Position numbers and translations under genes: made by a program
Shown: positions 30,401 through 39,570 of the stretch, one piece after another
Layout of the letters: every line of letters starts with the position of its first letter
Numbering within the stretch: position 1 is the stretch's first letter
The notes under the pieces: model-generated
What the model saw: only the letters and a program-made list of their open reading frames with translations
Told to the model about the DNA's origin: nothing
Database searches by the model: none
NCBI GenBank assembly: GCA_963767925.1
Contig: CAVYGB010000002.1
Coordinates: 2,176,001-2,240,000 of the forward strand
DNA length: 64,000 nt
From: an uncultured delta proteobacterium
GTDB taxonomy: Bacteria; Myxococcota_A; Polyangia; Fen-1088
Direction of reading: 5' to 3'

Positions 30401-32947
30401 GGCAACGCCACGACCCTGGCCATCTACCGCCAGCACGCCGCCCGTCTGCAGGGCCTCGGCCGCGAGCCACCCTCCGTTCCGGGCGTCGATTCGACGGGCG
30501 AGACGATCACCCTGCCTGCTGCCTCGCTGCAGGAGGCGGCTTTCGTCCGGCAGCTCACCCCCCAGCAGCTCGGGACCTATCACTCCCTGCGCTTGCAGCT
30601 CTGCTACCTGCTGGGAGACCTGACCGGCGCCAGCGCGGCCAGCGCGGCTGCCCGGCCCCTGCTGACCCAGCCCCGGCTCTCGGTCTTGCTCTCGGAGCAG
30701 GTGTTTTACACGGCCCTGTGCCTGGCGGCTGGCGACGCGGGTCCGCCGGTCGCGGCGCTCGCCGATCTGGTCGAGCGGCTCCGGGTCTGGGCGGAGGACT
30801 GTCCCGAAAACTTCCGGCACAAGCACCTGCTGCTCGCCGCCGAGCTGGCCCGCATCGAGGGGCGAACGCTCGATGCCCAGCGGGGGTACGACGAGGCGAT
30901 CCAGGCGGCCGCGCGCGAGCAGTTCCTGCAGGACGAGGCCCTCGCGCACGAGCTGGCCGCGCGCTTTCACCGCGCCGACGGCCGGCGGCGGTTCGCCGGG
31001 CTCTACCTTCGCGGCGCGCGCGAGCTGTACCGCAAGTGGGGAGCGGCGGCCAAGGTCGAGGCCCTGCAGGAGGAGTTTCCCGAAGAGGACAGCGACCCCG
31101 CGCCGGCGGATGGGCGCCGTCCCGGCCCGGAGGCCCACCTCCCCGCGGAGGTCTCGCTCGACGTGAACACGCTCGTGCGGGCGGCGGAGGCAATCTCGCA
31201 GGAGGTCGCCCTCGCCCGCGTCCTGGACAAGCTGATGGAGGTCTGCCTGGCGACCACCGGCGCCGAGCGGGGGGCGGTGTTGCTGGTGGAGGAGGAGGGT
31301 CTGGTGCTGCGGGCGCGCCGCTCGCTCTCCGAGGCGACCTCGCTGCACCGGGAGCCGCTGGCCCGGACCGGGCACCTGCCGCGGATGATGGTGGAGAAGG
31401 TCGAGGAGTCGGGGGAGGTGCTCGTGCTGGCCGATGCCTCCGCGCACGTCGTCTTTGGCCAAGATCCTCACGTTCGCGCCCAGCGCGTGCGCTCCGCCCT
31501 GGTCCTGCCCATCTTTCGGCAAGGCCGCCTGACGGGCGTGCTCTATCTCGAGAACAACCTCGCCACCCGCGTCTTCAAGCCGGAGCGGGTGCGGCTCCTG
31601 CAGCTCCTCTCCTCCCAGATCGCGGGCGCGCTGGAGAACGGCCGCCTCTTCGAGCGGCTCGCCCGGGAGGAGCAGGCGCTGCGCTTTCTGGCCGAGGCGA
31701 GCGCCGCCCTCGGCGAGTCCCTGGACTACCAGCGGGCGCCGCGCCGGGTGGCGGAGCTGGCGGTGTCCTGGCTGGCGGACGCCTGCACGGTCTACCTCGT
31801 GGAGGGCGAGGAGGTGCGCGGGATGGCCTCGGCCAGCGCGGATCCCACCCGGCAGCCCGGCCTGGATCAGATGAACCGCCGCCTGACCGAGAACGGGTTG
31901 CCCCCCTTCGTCAGGCAGGTGCTGCGGTCGGGCGCCCCGATCTTCCTGCCCGAGGTCGGGCGCGATGACCTCGCCCACTACGCCCAGGACGAGCAGGTGA
32001 TCCAGCTCCTCGAGGCGATGGGGATGCGGAGCGCGATGGTGCTGCCGCTGTCCGCCCGCGGTCGCATCGTCGGGGTCATCAGCCTGGTGGCCACCGATCC
32101 CAGCCGCCGCTGGAACGACGGGGACCTGGCGGTGGCGACCGAGCTGGCCCGCCGGGCGGCAGCGGCCATCGACAACGCCCGCCTCTACCATCAGAAGGAA
32201 GAGGCGGTGCGCCTGCGCGACGAGTTTCTCTCCATCGCCTCCCACGAGCTCCGGACCCCCATCGCCTCACTGCGCTTGATGACCGACATGATCGGGGCGA
32301 GCGGCAGCGGCCGGCCCGGATCGTCAGAGCCCGAGCCCGCCGAGGCGGCGCTGACCGGCCCCGAGCTCACCCGGGCGGTGGCGCTGATCGGGCGGCAGGC
32401 CCGCCGGCTCCAGACGCTGGTGGGCGACCTGCTGGACGTGGAGCAGATCCGCACCGGCGCGCTGCGGATCCACCTCGAGCCGGTCGAACTGGTCGAGGTC
32501 GCGCAGAACGCCGTCCGCACCTACCGCCTGGAGGCGGAGCGTGCCGGCTGCCAGGTGGAGGTCGCCGCCGCCGCGCCCGTCGTGGGCCGCTGGGACCGCC
32601 TGCGGCTCGAGCAGGTCCTGGCCAACCTGCTCTCCAACGCCTTCAAGTTCGCCCCCGGCGCCCCGGTCGAGATCGCCGTCTCCGCGCTCCCCGGGGCGGC
32701 CCGCCTGGTGGTCAGCGACCGCGGCATCGGCATCCCCGCCGAGCGCCTCCCCCACCTCTTCCGCCGCTTCGAGCGCGCCGTCCCCGCCGACAACTACGGC
32801 GGCCTGGGCCTGGGCCTCTACATCGTCAAGAGCATCGTGGAAAGCCTGCGCGGCGAGGTCTCGGTGGAGAGCGTCCCCCAGCGATCCACCCGCTTCATCG
32901 TCACCCTCCCGCTGGACCCCCACGCCGGCGTCCTCACCGGCGCCTGA
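27479..32947 (+). CDS. Hybrid degenerate Ser/Thr kinase - AAA ATPase - GAF - GAF - histidine kinase
   Basis: HRHLHPGN, YMAPEQTGR, DLYSLG; Walker A GAAGAGKS, LDDLQWAD; LYLENN GAF; IASHELRTP, NLLSNAFKF, DRGIGI, GLGLGL. Confidence 0.92.
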   Translation: MLSEEEARAPAERGPAGRQRLDRWLHRRALSLDVFLELAIGLAEGLDRLHTRKLLHRHLHPGNVLVDEDGVPALLDPQGAELGADELAYMAPEQTGRMDRVADERADLYSLGAIYHRLLTGAPPFAGTDPIDLVHAHLARPPTAPEQLNPLVPPVLSQLVLRLLAKMPEQRYQSAQTLLTDLYHARARLRHDGTITPFELGRADLVSELPLPATLFGREGELQALQASWATVAAGGSRIVLLAGAAGAGKSRLARALETQVTAEGQGRSLSGTFPRRQNASPYAPVVEALSGLLRRLLAEPEPVRAAWARGVRLALGRNAAVITGLIPELARLIGQPRPVRALDPSGNRNRFQQAFLAFMRALLEQQPLLLFLDDLQWADAESLRLVQTLASAPDLSRLLLLGAYRSEGVEPEHPLLATIGALRDGEARLTILALPPLEVASIAELCAAALDAAPDRVYPLAQVLRRKTAGNPFFVEQLLRFLQKTGLLRRVSDRDGWDWELAEVERVNVTDNVADLLIAALHHVPQPVRAVLGAAASIGRTIPLSWLAVASGQRPEEIAAAVRSAISEGYLVGLPGEANGLDPDEQQRFQFAHDWLQQACLPLLAASEQRRLHLALGRHLLSSDLEEGPADDLLLAGLAHLDLVHDDLGTPEERLRVCRLNGRAARLARATSAYAQALAHLQRAIALLPADPWMYERPLTFSLYRDALECALVCDARPLADTLFRTALEGLPRPRDASDLYRIRSDAAMTGGAMAEAIEWARRGLQILGLDLPAAEAAAAGAEELQTARANLARVTFEEIASRPALTDPEVASAMVLLRGLLAPTYVTGSALFPFVLGRLLNLSLAGGPSASSATAYAFHAMVLACQSGETAAGHRFGELALALADRFGDPVERLGASAAFLHNLAPWRTPLRAIVPRLYQVQAQGLESGDIHHAMACAGGAAMILFHQGVELHRVVPALEAVMASSRHAHVLGNATTLAIYRQHAARLQGLGREPPSVPGVDSTGETITLPAASLQEAAFVRQLTPQQLGTYHSLRLQLCYLLGDLTGASAASAAARPLLTQPRLSVLLSEQVFYTALCLAAGDAGPPVAALADLVERLRVWAEDCPENFRHKHLLLAAELARIEGRTLDAQRGYDEAIQAAAREQFLQDEALAHELAARFHRADGRRRFAGLYLRGARELYRKWGAAAKVEALQEEFPEEDSDPAPADGRRPGPEAHLPAEVSLDVNTLVRAAEAISQEVALARVLDKLMEVCLATTGAERGAVLLVEEEGLVLRARRSLSEATSLHREPLARTGHLPRMMVEKVEESGEVLVLADASAHVVFGQDPHVRAQRVRSALVLPIFRQGRLTGVLYLENNLATRVFKPERVRLLQLLSSQIAGALENGRLFERLAREEQALRFLAEASAALGESLDYQRAPRRVAELAVSWLADACTVYLVEGEEVRGMASASADPTRQPGLDQMNRRLTENGLPPFVRQVLRSGAPIFLPEVGRDDLAHYAQDEQVIQLLEAMGMRSAMVLPLSARGRIVGVISLVATDPSRRWNDGDLAVATELARRAAAAIDNARLYHQKEEAVRLRDEFLSIASHELRTPIASLRLMTDMIGASGSGRPGSSEPEPAEAALTGPELTRAVALIGRQARRLQTLVGDLLDVEQIRTGALRIHLEPVELVEVAQNAVRTYRLEAERAGCQVEVAAAAPVVGRWDRLRLEQVLANLLSNAFKFAPGAPVEIAVSALPGAARLVVSDRGIGIPAERLPHLFRRFERAVPADNYGGLGLGLYIVKSIVESLRGEVSVESVPQRSTRFIVTLPLDPHAGVLTGA

Positions 32948-32949
32948 GC

Positions 32950-33317
32950 GAGAGCCGGCGGGCCAACTTCCGCCATTCGAAGAACGGCTACGCGGTGGCG
33001 GGCGTGCTGCACCACGAGCTGATCGCCGACAAGTTCAACTTCGCGTCGGGCACCGCGGATCCGAAGATCTGGGATGAGATCTCCCGCGAGGACGTCTGGA
33101 CCTTGTGGGTCTTCAACCTGAAGACGGGGACCGCGAAGGAGTTCCTGGCCTCCCCGGCGGGTACTTCCAGACCGCCGTGCTGGAAGGCCGCGCCTTCGTG
33201 ATCGCCTACTCCGACACCACGGGCAAGAGCACCGTCTACGAGCTGGCCGACGACGGCGCCCTCGACCAGCGCTTCACCGTCCCGGGCGACTTCGTCAAGT
33301 GGCAGCGCGTGCGCTGA
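32950..33317 (+). pseudogene. C-terminal fragment of an MxcI-like protein, frameshifted near 33145
   Basis: ANFRHSKNGYAVAGVLHHE...WTLWVFNL / LEGRAFV...STVYELADDG...RFTVPG..KWQRVR; no 5' half; resemblance recalled, not searched. Confidence 0.5.
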
Positions 33318-33332
33318 GCCGCGGCCAGCGGA

Positions 33333-33633
33333 CCCCTCACCCCTCCCTGTACCCGCTGCCGCGGGGCGCGGGCCAACAGCCGGCGAGGTGTCCCCGGTGG
33401 CGCGGACTCGGCGAGATTTTCGCTCTCCTCTGAGCCGGCGAGGTGTCCCCGATTCTCATTCAGGGGGGTACATATGGCACGGACTCGGCGAGATTTTCGC
33501 TCTCCTCTGAGCCGGCGAGGTGTCCCCGATTCTCATTCAGGGGGGTACATATGGCACGGACTCGGCGAGATTTTCGCTCCCCCTGACCCGTTCGCCCTCG
33601 CCCCGCGGAGCGGGGAGAGGGAGGGGTGAGGGG
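33333..33633. repeat. Inverted REP-like pair (33333-33372, 33595-33633) enclosing a 77-bp tandem repeat
   Basis: Unit ggactcggcgagattttcgctctcctctgagccggcgaggtgtccccgattctcattcaggggggtacatatggcac starts at 33404, 33481 and (partial) 33558. Confidence 0.8.
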
Positions 33634-33701
33634 TCTCCGGGCAATCGTTACGTGCTCCGGGCCGGTGCAGGGATCCGCACCAGGCGCGGGCACATACGCG
33701 T

Positions 33702-34187
33702 TCAGTTCGAGCCGGGGGCCGGCGGGGGCGGGGGCGTCGGCGGGGTCGCGGCCGGGGGGCAGGCTTCGAATGCGGCTTCGAAGCGATCGGCGCAGGCCTC
33801 GCGCTGGCCGGGGTTCGCGCGCAGGCACTGGGCGAAGGCCGTGCGCGCGGCCCGCGCGCACTGGGCGTCACGGGCCGGTGGCGGCGGTGGGGGTGGGGGC
33901 GCCCCGGTGCACGCTCGGGCGGCGGCCTCGGCGCGATCGCTGCAAGCCTCGCGCTGGTCGGGGTTCGCGCGCAGGCACTCGGCGAAAGCCTCGCGCACAT
34001 CGATCAGGCACTGCCGCTGCGCCGGGTCCCGCGCCGGGGGGGGCGGTGGGGCCGGCCGGGCGAGAGAGGAGATCGCCTCGGGCTCGGGGGACGAAAGGTC
34101 GGCGCCGTCCTCCTCCGGCCCGGCGCAGGCGGCGAAGAGGCAGGCGATCGCGAGCGTCGAGCTGGCGCATGCAGTTCGTAGGGTCAT
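33702..34187 (-). CDS. Lipoprotein with two internal Cys-containing repeats
   Basis: RBS AGGAG; LFAAC lipobox; QC....R.AFA.CLRANP.QREAC.DR twice, separated by poly-Pro. Confidence 0.78.
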   Translation of the reverse strand: MTLRTACASSTLAIACLFAACAGPEEDGADLSSPEPEAISSLARPAPPPPPARDPAQRQCLIDVREAFAECLRANPDQREACSDRAEAAARACTGAPPPPPPPPARDAQCARAARTAFAQCLRANPGQREACADRFEAAFEACPPAATPPTPPPPPAPGSN

Positions 34188-34223
34188 GAGGTGGTCTCCT
34201 TGATCGTGCGGTTGACTCGCCGA

Positions 34224-34259
34224 CGTGAATGGCGCGAGCCCGCCGTCCCTTCGAAAAAA
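34224..34259 (-). promoter_or_regulatory. Candidate ECF-dependent promoter, copy A
   Basis: Minus strand TTTTTTCGAAGGG-N8-CTCGCGCCATTCACG; matches 37104-37140. Confidence 0.55.
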
Positions 34260-34276
34260 GCGACGGCGCAGCGCGA

Positions 34277-34810
34277 TCAGGGCGCCGGCGGAGGCGGCGG
34301 GGGCGGGGGGAGGCCGGCGTCCGCCGCTGCCCCCGGGTCCACGCGCAGGACCTGGAAGGCGACGAGCCGATCGATGTCTGCCTCGGCCGTCCCGGAGTCG
34401 GGTCTCAGGGTCGAGGCCAGCCGCGCGCGGCGGCCGTCGCTGTCCTCTTCCTCGATGAACAGGCGGTCGGTCGGCGTCCCGGGCGTCACCGGCAGGCGCA
34501 GGCGGGCGGGGATCGCGAGGGTCGTCCCGGCCGGCTGCACGATCACCGCGGGGCCGGCGGGCAGGGTCGCCGCGCCGGCAAGGTTCCGGCCGCCACGCTC
34601 GATCCGGATCTCGAGATCGTGGGGGAGCGACCCGGGCGGGATGCGTAGCCAGACGCCGGCCAGCACCGGGTCCTCCTCGGCGGTGACGGTGATCAGGGCC
34701 CCGCGGGCCGCCAGCACCAGCACCCCCTTCCCCGCGACCGACCCGACGACCTCCCGGTCCTGACAGCCGGCCGCGGCGAGCGCGAGGAGGAGGGCGACGC
34801 GGCCGCTCAT
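34277..34810 (-). CDS. Lipoprotein with ZU5-like beta domain
   Basis: LAAAGC lipobox; LRIPPGSL, GPAVIVQPAGTTLAIPARLRLP. Confidence 0.65.
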   Translation of the reverse strand: MSGRVALLLALAAAGCQDREVVGSVAGKGVLVLAARGALITVTAEEDPVLAGVWLRIPPGSLPHDLEIRIERGGRNLAGAATLPAGPAVIVQPAGTTLAIPARLRLPVTPGTPTDRLFIEEEDSDGRRARLASTLRPDSGTAEADIDRLVAFQVLRVDPGAAADAGLPPPPPPPPAP

Positions 34811-36498
34811 CGGTCGGCCCCGAGCGCCTGCTCGACGTCGCCGCGGTGTCGCCCGGAGGGGAAGCGGCGCAGGTACTCGCGCAGGCGGGCGCGCGCGCCC
34901 GCCGGGTCGCCGAGCTGGCGGCGGCAATAGGCCGAGGCGTGCAGGGCCTCCTCGGCGAGCGGGCCCGTCCCGCCGGCCAGCGCCCCGTACTCCCGCTCGG
35001 CGCGGGCGCAGTCGCCGCCGTCGCGGGCCAGGTTCGCGCGCAACAGGCGCAGCTCGTCGCGCCGCTCGTTCGCCGGATACCGGGCGACGAAGGCGTCGAT
35101 CTCGCGCGCGGCGTCGGTCAGCGCCCGGGCCCGCAGCGCGGCCTCGATCAGCGACAGGTCGACCTCGGGCCCGAGCCCGCTCTCCGGGAAGCGGCGCCGG
35201 TGCTCGAGGAACACCCGCCGCGCCTTCTCCGGCTCGTCGAGCTTCTTGAGCAGCAGCAGCCCCCGCTCGTAGAGCGCCAGCTCGGCCCGGGGGCCCTCGG
35301 CCGAAAGCCGCGCGAAGGAGGCGGCTGCCTGCGCGTAGCGACCGCGGGATGCGAGGGCCTGGGCCTCCCGGTAGGGATCTCGCCCGGCGGGCGCCGGCGG
35401 GTCGGGAGATGCGGGCGGGGCTGCCGCGGGAGCGGGCGAGACCTCCGTGGGCGGGGCCGAGGCCGCAACCGGAGCGGCGGGGGTCGGGGCGGGTGGCGGG
35501 ATCGGTGAAGGCGGAGGGACTGGCGGCGCCGGGCTCCGGGAGGGGGAGGGGCGGGCGGCCGGGAGGGGAAGGGATGGCGGAGGCGCCGCCGCGAGCCGGC
35601 GGGCGGGAAGGTGGCGCGCCCGCTTCTCGCGCGCGATTGCCAGTCGCTTCGCGTGCTGCTGGCTGTGCGACCGCGGCGACGCGGTGGGGGTGATCGGCGG
35701 CGACGCGGCGGAGGCGATCGGCGCAGGCGCGATCGGCGCGGATGCAACCGGCGCCACGGCGGTTGAAACACCCGGGGAGGGAGAGTCGGGAACGGCGGCG
35801 CTCGCGCGCGACGACCAGACTTGCCCCGGGCCGACCAGCCGCTCCACCCCGGGGCCCGTCACCCGCACGCGCCCCTCGGTGACCGTGACGTCGACCGCGC
35901 CGTCGGCGGTAGCCCGCACCGCGAACACCGTGCCCACCACGACGACGGAGTAGCCGGCCGCGCCCACCACCACCGGGCGGTCGGGCGGGCGGCGTCGGAC
36001 GGTGAGGGCGACCTCGCCGCGCTCGAGCTGGATCGCGACGCCGCCCGACCCGCGCCGGCTCAGCTTCGCGCCCGTGGCCCGGCCGAGGCGCAGCTCGAGG
36101 TCGGCAAAGCGTACGACGGCGCCACCACGGGCCCCGGTCGCCACCCTGGCGCCGTCGCCGACGGCGGCCCCCGCTCCGGCCGCGGCGGCCGACTGCCCGC
36201 GCGCCTCGATCCGCAGCTCGCCGTCGCTCGAGGCGATCCGGGCCAGGGGCTCGGCGGTCCCGCTCCCCCGGACCGCCCACCACACGAACAGCGCCGCGGC
36301 CGCGCCGGCGACCGCGACCAGGTGCCAGCCGCGCCTCCCCTCCTGCCAGCGGGAGAGCCCCCCCGCGATCACCCGCTGGCGCGCCCCGGGCGGCACCGCC
36401 ACCGGCCGGGCGACCGAAGCGATGAGGCGCGCCGCCTCCGACCCGCTCCGCTGCTCGACCATCCGGCGCGGCCCCCGTCCGTCCCGCTCGTCGCCCAT
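34807..36498 (-). CDS. FecR-domain / TPR anti-sigma factor
   Basis: Single TM; LERGEVAL, VVVVGTVFAV, VTVTEGRVRV (FecR); Pro-rich linker; TPR ending EYLRRFPSG. Confidence 0.85.
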   Translation of the reverse strand: MGDERDGRGPRRMVEQRSGSEAARLIASVARPVAVPPGARQRVIAGGLSRWQEGRRGWHLVAVAGAAAALFVWWAVRGSGTAEPLARIASSDGELRIEARGQSAAAAGAGAAVGDGARVATGARGGAVVRFADLELRLGRATGAKLSRRGSGGVAIQLERGEVALTVRRRPPDRPVVVGAAGYSVVVVGTVFAVRATADGAVDVTVTEGRVRVTGPGVERLVGPGQVWSSRASAAVPDSPSPGVSTAVAPVASAPIAPAPIASAASPPITPTASPRSHSQQHAKRLAIAREKRARHLPARRLAAAPPPSLPLPAARPSPSRSPAPPVPPPSPIPPPAPTPAAPVAASAPPTEVSPAPAAAPPASPDPPAPAGRDPYREAQALASRGRYAQAAASFARLSAEGPRAELALYERGLLLLKKLDEPEKARRVFLEHRRRFPESGLGPEVDLSLIEAALRARALTDAAREIDAFVARYPANERRDELRLLRANLARDGGDCARAEREYGALAGGTGPLAEEALHASAYCRRQLGDPAGARARLREYLRRFPSGRHRGDVEQALGADR

Positions 36499-37079
36499 CA
36501 CCGCGTGTACCCCAGCTTTCTCAGGATGCGCTCGAAGTCCCGGCGCGCGTAGTGGAGGCGCGACCAGACCGTCTCGACCTTGCAGCCCACCAGCTCGGCG
36601 ACCTCCTCGCAGGCCAGGCCCTCGATCTCGAAGAGCACCAGCACCTCGCGCTTGCGCGCCCCCATGCGCCGGAGGACGGCGTCGACGACCGCTTTGTCCT
36701 CGCGCGCCTCGAAGGCGCGGTCGGGCCGCAGCGGCGGCGGCGCGACGGTGGGCTCGCGTCCGAACAGCCGGCGCAGCCCCTCGCGGAAGCGGCGCTGGCG
36801 GTGGCGGTCCGCGACGATGTTGGCCACCATCCGGTACAGCCAGGTCGAAAATCGCCCCTCCAGGAACGAGGAGAGCTTGCGGAAGGCGACCACGAAGACC
36901 TCCTGGCAGATGTCCTCGACCTCCGATGCGTCCGCGCCCAGCCGCCAGGCCGAGCGGTAGACGAAGTCGAAGTGCGCCGCATAAAGCTCGTTCCAGGCAC
37001 GCTCCTCCCCCTGCCGGCACCGCGCCAGCACCTCGCTGTCCCAGGAGGACAGCGCCGAGTGGGCCACTTTCTCGACCAC
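36498..37079 (-). CDS. ECF RNA polymerase sigma factor
   Basis: EDICQEVF, FSTWLYRMVAN, REVLVLFEIEGL..EEVAELVG..VETVWSRLHYAR; start codon approximate. Confidence 0.9.
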   Translation of the reverse strand: MVEKVAHSALSSWDSEVLARCRQGEERAWNELYAAHFDFVYRSAWRLGADASEVEDICQEVFVVAFRKLSSFLEGRFSTWLYRMVANIVADRHRQRRFREGLRRLFGREPTVAPPPLRPDRAFEAREDKAVVDAVLRRMGARKREVLVLFEIEGLACEEVAELVGCKVETVWSRLHYARRDFERILRKLGYTR

Positions 37080-37103
37080 GGCGATCTCGTCCCCGGTTCC
37101 CGC

Positions 37104-37140
37104 CGTGGATTGCGCGAGGTCGGTCCCCCCTTCAAAAAAA
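37104..37140 (-). promoter_or_regulatory. Candidate ECF-dependent (autoregulatory) promoter, copy B
   Basis: Minus strand TTTTTTTGAAGGG-N9-CTCGCGCAATCCACG directly upstream of the sigma gene. Confidence 0.55.
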
Positions 37141-37159
37141 GATCGCGCCCGCCAGCCGA

Positions 37160-38077
37160 TCACGGCAGCCGCCACCCGAGCCGCCCGCACAGCAGGCCCT
37201 GGACGCGGGGCGACCGCGCCGCGACCCCGCTGCCCGCCACCTCCAGAGCGGCGCGCCCGAGCGGCGCGGCGACGATCGCCTCGACGCCCAGCTCGAAGCC
37301 CCCCGGCAGCCCCCACGCCGCCCGCCCGAACCCGCCCAGCGCCGGCAGGGCCGTCCAGGCCCGGCGGCCACCCACCAGCCCCGCGCCCTCGGCGCCCCCC
37401 GCCGTCAGGCTCGCCGCGACCAGCCCGCCCCCGCACAGCCCCGTGCTCCCGAGGTGGCCACACCCGCCCAGCGAGCCGCCGGCGAGGAACCGGCGCGCAA
37501 CGAGCGTGCCTCGCGGATCGCCCGCGACGACAACGGCCTGTTGCTCGCGGTCGGTCGACGCGCCCCAAAGCGCCACGAGCAGCCGGCCCGTTCGCAGCGA
37601 CAGGTCCAGCGCGAACGCCGGCGCCGCGGCGGCCGGCAGCTCGGCCCAGGCCGCCACCCCTGCCGCCAGGGCCACCCCCGCCAGCCTGGGCTCCGGCGCC
37701 ACCCGCAGCTCGCGCCCGGACCAAACGATCCCGGACAGGTACCGATCGACGATCAGCGCGCTCGTCTCGACAACCGCCGCACAGGCAGGGTCGGCCGGTC
37801 GCACCTCGCGCAGCAGCACCACCTCGCCCGCGGGCCTCTCCACGCGCAGCCGCCAGGGCGCGTCCCCCGGCCCCGCGGGCTCGAGCGTGACGCTAAGGTC
37901 GCCCGCCGCCGCGGCTGGTCCCACCCCGACGCGCCTCCCCGGCAGCCGGCGCTGGAGCGCGAGCGCCAGCCCCTGCGCCGCCGGACAGGGCGCGCCGGAA
38001 TCGCTCGCGGCGCTCACCATCAGCGTGCCGGTGACCTCACCGGCGACGAGGAGGCCGAGAACAACCCCGGTGAACAT
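37160..38077 (-). CDS. Hypothetical exported protein, probable C-terminal beta-barrel
   Basis: Signal-like N-terminus, CP...C pair, amphipathic strands ending GRLGWRLP; head of the ECF cluster. Confidence 0.6.
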   Translation of the reverse strand: MFTGVVLGLLVAGEVTGTLMVSAASDSGAPCPAAQGLALALQRRLPGRRVGVGPAAAAGDLSVTLEPAGPGDAPWRLRVERPAGEVVLLREVRPADPACAAVVETSALIVDRYLSGIVWSGRELRVAPEPRLAGVALAAGVAAWAELPAAAAPAFALDLSLRTGRLLVALWGASTDREQQAVVVAGDPRGTLVARRFLAGGSLGGCGHLGSTGLCGGGLVAASLTAGGAEGAGLVGGRRAWTALPALGGFGRAAWGLPGGFELGVEAIVAAPLGRAALEVAGSGVAARSPRVQGLLCGRLGWRLP

Positions 38078-38289
38078 GGCGATCGACGTTCAGGCGGTCG
38101 CGATCGCCGCCAGCAACAGGGTCACGCGCCCCGCCGCGCTCTCCTTGCGGTCGCCGGTGACGAGGTGCTTGTCTGCTTCACGCATCCGGACGCGTCCTCT
38201 CGAGCCGCTGGCATCCTAGGCCGATCGCGGCCCCGCTGGAAAGCCGCTGGCGGATCGACGGCCGACGTCAGAGCAGCGCCCCGCGTCGG

Positions 38290-39372
38290 TCACAGCGTCG
38301 CGAACGGCGGTCGGCGTGCCCACCTTTGCCCTCTCCCCGCGGCCGTCTGCGGCCGTGGGGAGAGGGAACGTTCCGGCATGATGGCGCGCATCTCGGCCTC
38401 TTCTTTGGTGCCTTTGACGTTCATGTAGATGACCATCGCCTCGGCAAAGTCCTCGTGAAGCGAATTCTTGGCGTACTGGGAGGGAAAGATTCCGTCGGCC
38501 TTGCCGGCGGCCTTCCATGGGTCCCAGCGGGATCGTTTTCGTCCGGTCCCCAGTTCTTCTGGCTGAAGATGTGTCCGGTCTCGTGGATGAGCGATTGGTC
38601 CATGGACCACTGGGGCGGCTTGAACCAAGCGTGAGCTTCTGTGCCGCTCAGAGCAGTCAGCCGGCGGCTCTCTGCCTTGTTCTCGACCGGATAGAGGCTG
38701 ACGATCCCCGCCTCACCGGCCGTCATGTACGACTGGAAATCTGGATTTTTGTACTTCTTTGCCCAGAATGAATCGGAGGGGTTCGGGTTGGGCTCGACCA
38801 CCACCTCCTTGATTGCCAGGAGCGCGGACCGCGGCAGGGCGGCCAGGGCGGCCGACACCTCCTCGATGGTGTGCAGGTGCGCGGGGGCATCTCGGAGGCG
38901 CGTCTGGCCGCATGGTGACCTTCACGGTCACGTCGCCGACCTTCACCTCATGGGTCACAGCCTCTGCTTTGCCCGAGGTGAAGGCATGCTCCCCGATGTC
39001 CTTGGCCGGTGTGAATGAGTGCGGTTCCCTTCTGGTCGACGTCTGATACGCGGTCTTGTCGTGGGGGTGTTTGCCAAGCTGCTCGGCGGCGAGCGTCTGG
39101 ACAGCAGCGGGCAACGCGCGGAAGGTGAAGTCCTTGGCCAGATCTTGATAGTTCCGGGCCAGCGGACGTGGCGACGCCTCGGCCGCTGCCAGCATCGCGC
39201 TCAAGGTCTCGCAGCACGTCGCCTTCGCCGTGTTCTCCGCCGGGATCGTCGGCCCGGAGATGCCGCTCTGGTTCGCGGCGTTCCTGGCCGCTGCGATCGC
39301 CGTGGCCTGGTCCCGCGTCGCCCTCCGCCGCCACAGCTTGCTCGAGGTCGGCGTGGGCGCCGCCGTCGGCAC
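38290..39372 (-). pseudogene. Fragmented zinc metallopeptidase-like gene
   Basis: SLIHETGH (HExxH) and SQYAKNSLHEDFAE lie in different frames; at least two frameshifts; 3' end runs into a REP element. Confidence 0.6.
38329..38366. repeat. REP-like hairpin
   Basis: ccctctccccgcggccg-tctg-cggccgtggggagaggg. Confidence 0.7.
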
Positions 39373-39570
39373 TGTGGGCGCCGTCGTCGCCCGCGCCTTC
39401 TTCTAACTCACGTCCGACGGGCCTCGGAGGCACCTGGGTGTACGCCAGGTACTCGGAAACGGGCCGCCAGGCTCGGGCGTAGGAGATGACGACTATGTGA
39501 CGCGTGTCGGTTAGACTCGGCTTGATGCGGTCGGGCGGCTGAGTCCCGTGCTCGTGGTAACCTCAAACTC

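Noticed and set aside
27197..32245. Long antisense and alternate-frame ORFs (e.g. 27197-29521, 29608-31968, 30011-32245, and 36002-38428 elsewhere)
   Set aside because: Shadow ORFs expected at very high GC; Arg/Pro/Gly-rich, motif-free and overlapping well-supported genes
33378..33580. 77-bp repeats as a CRISPR array
   Set aside because: Units are contiguous and identical with no unique spacers, and no cas genes are present
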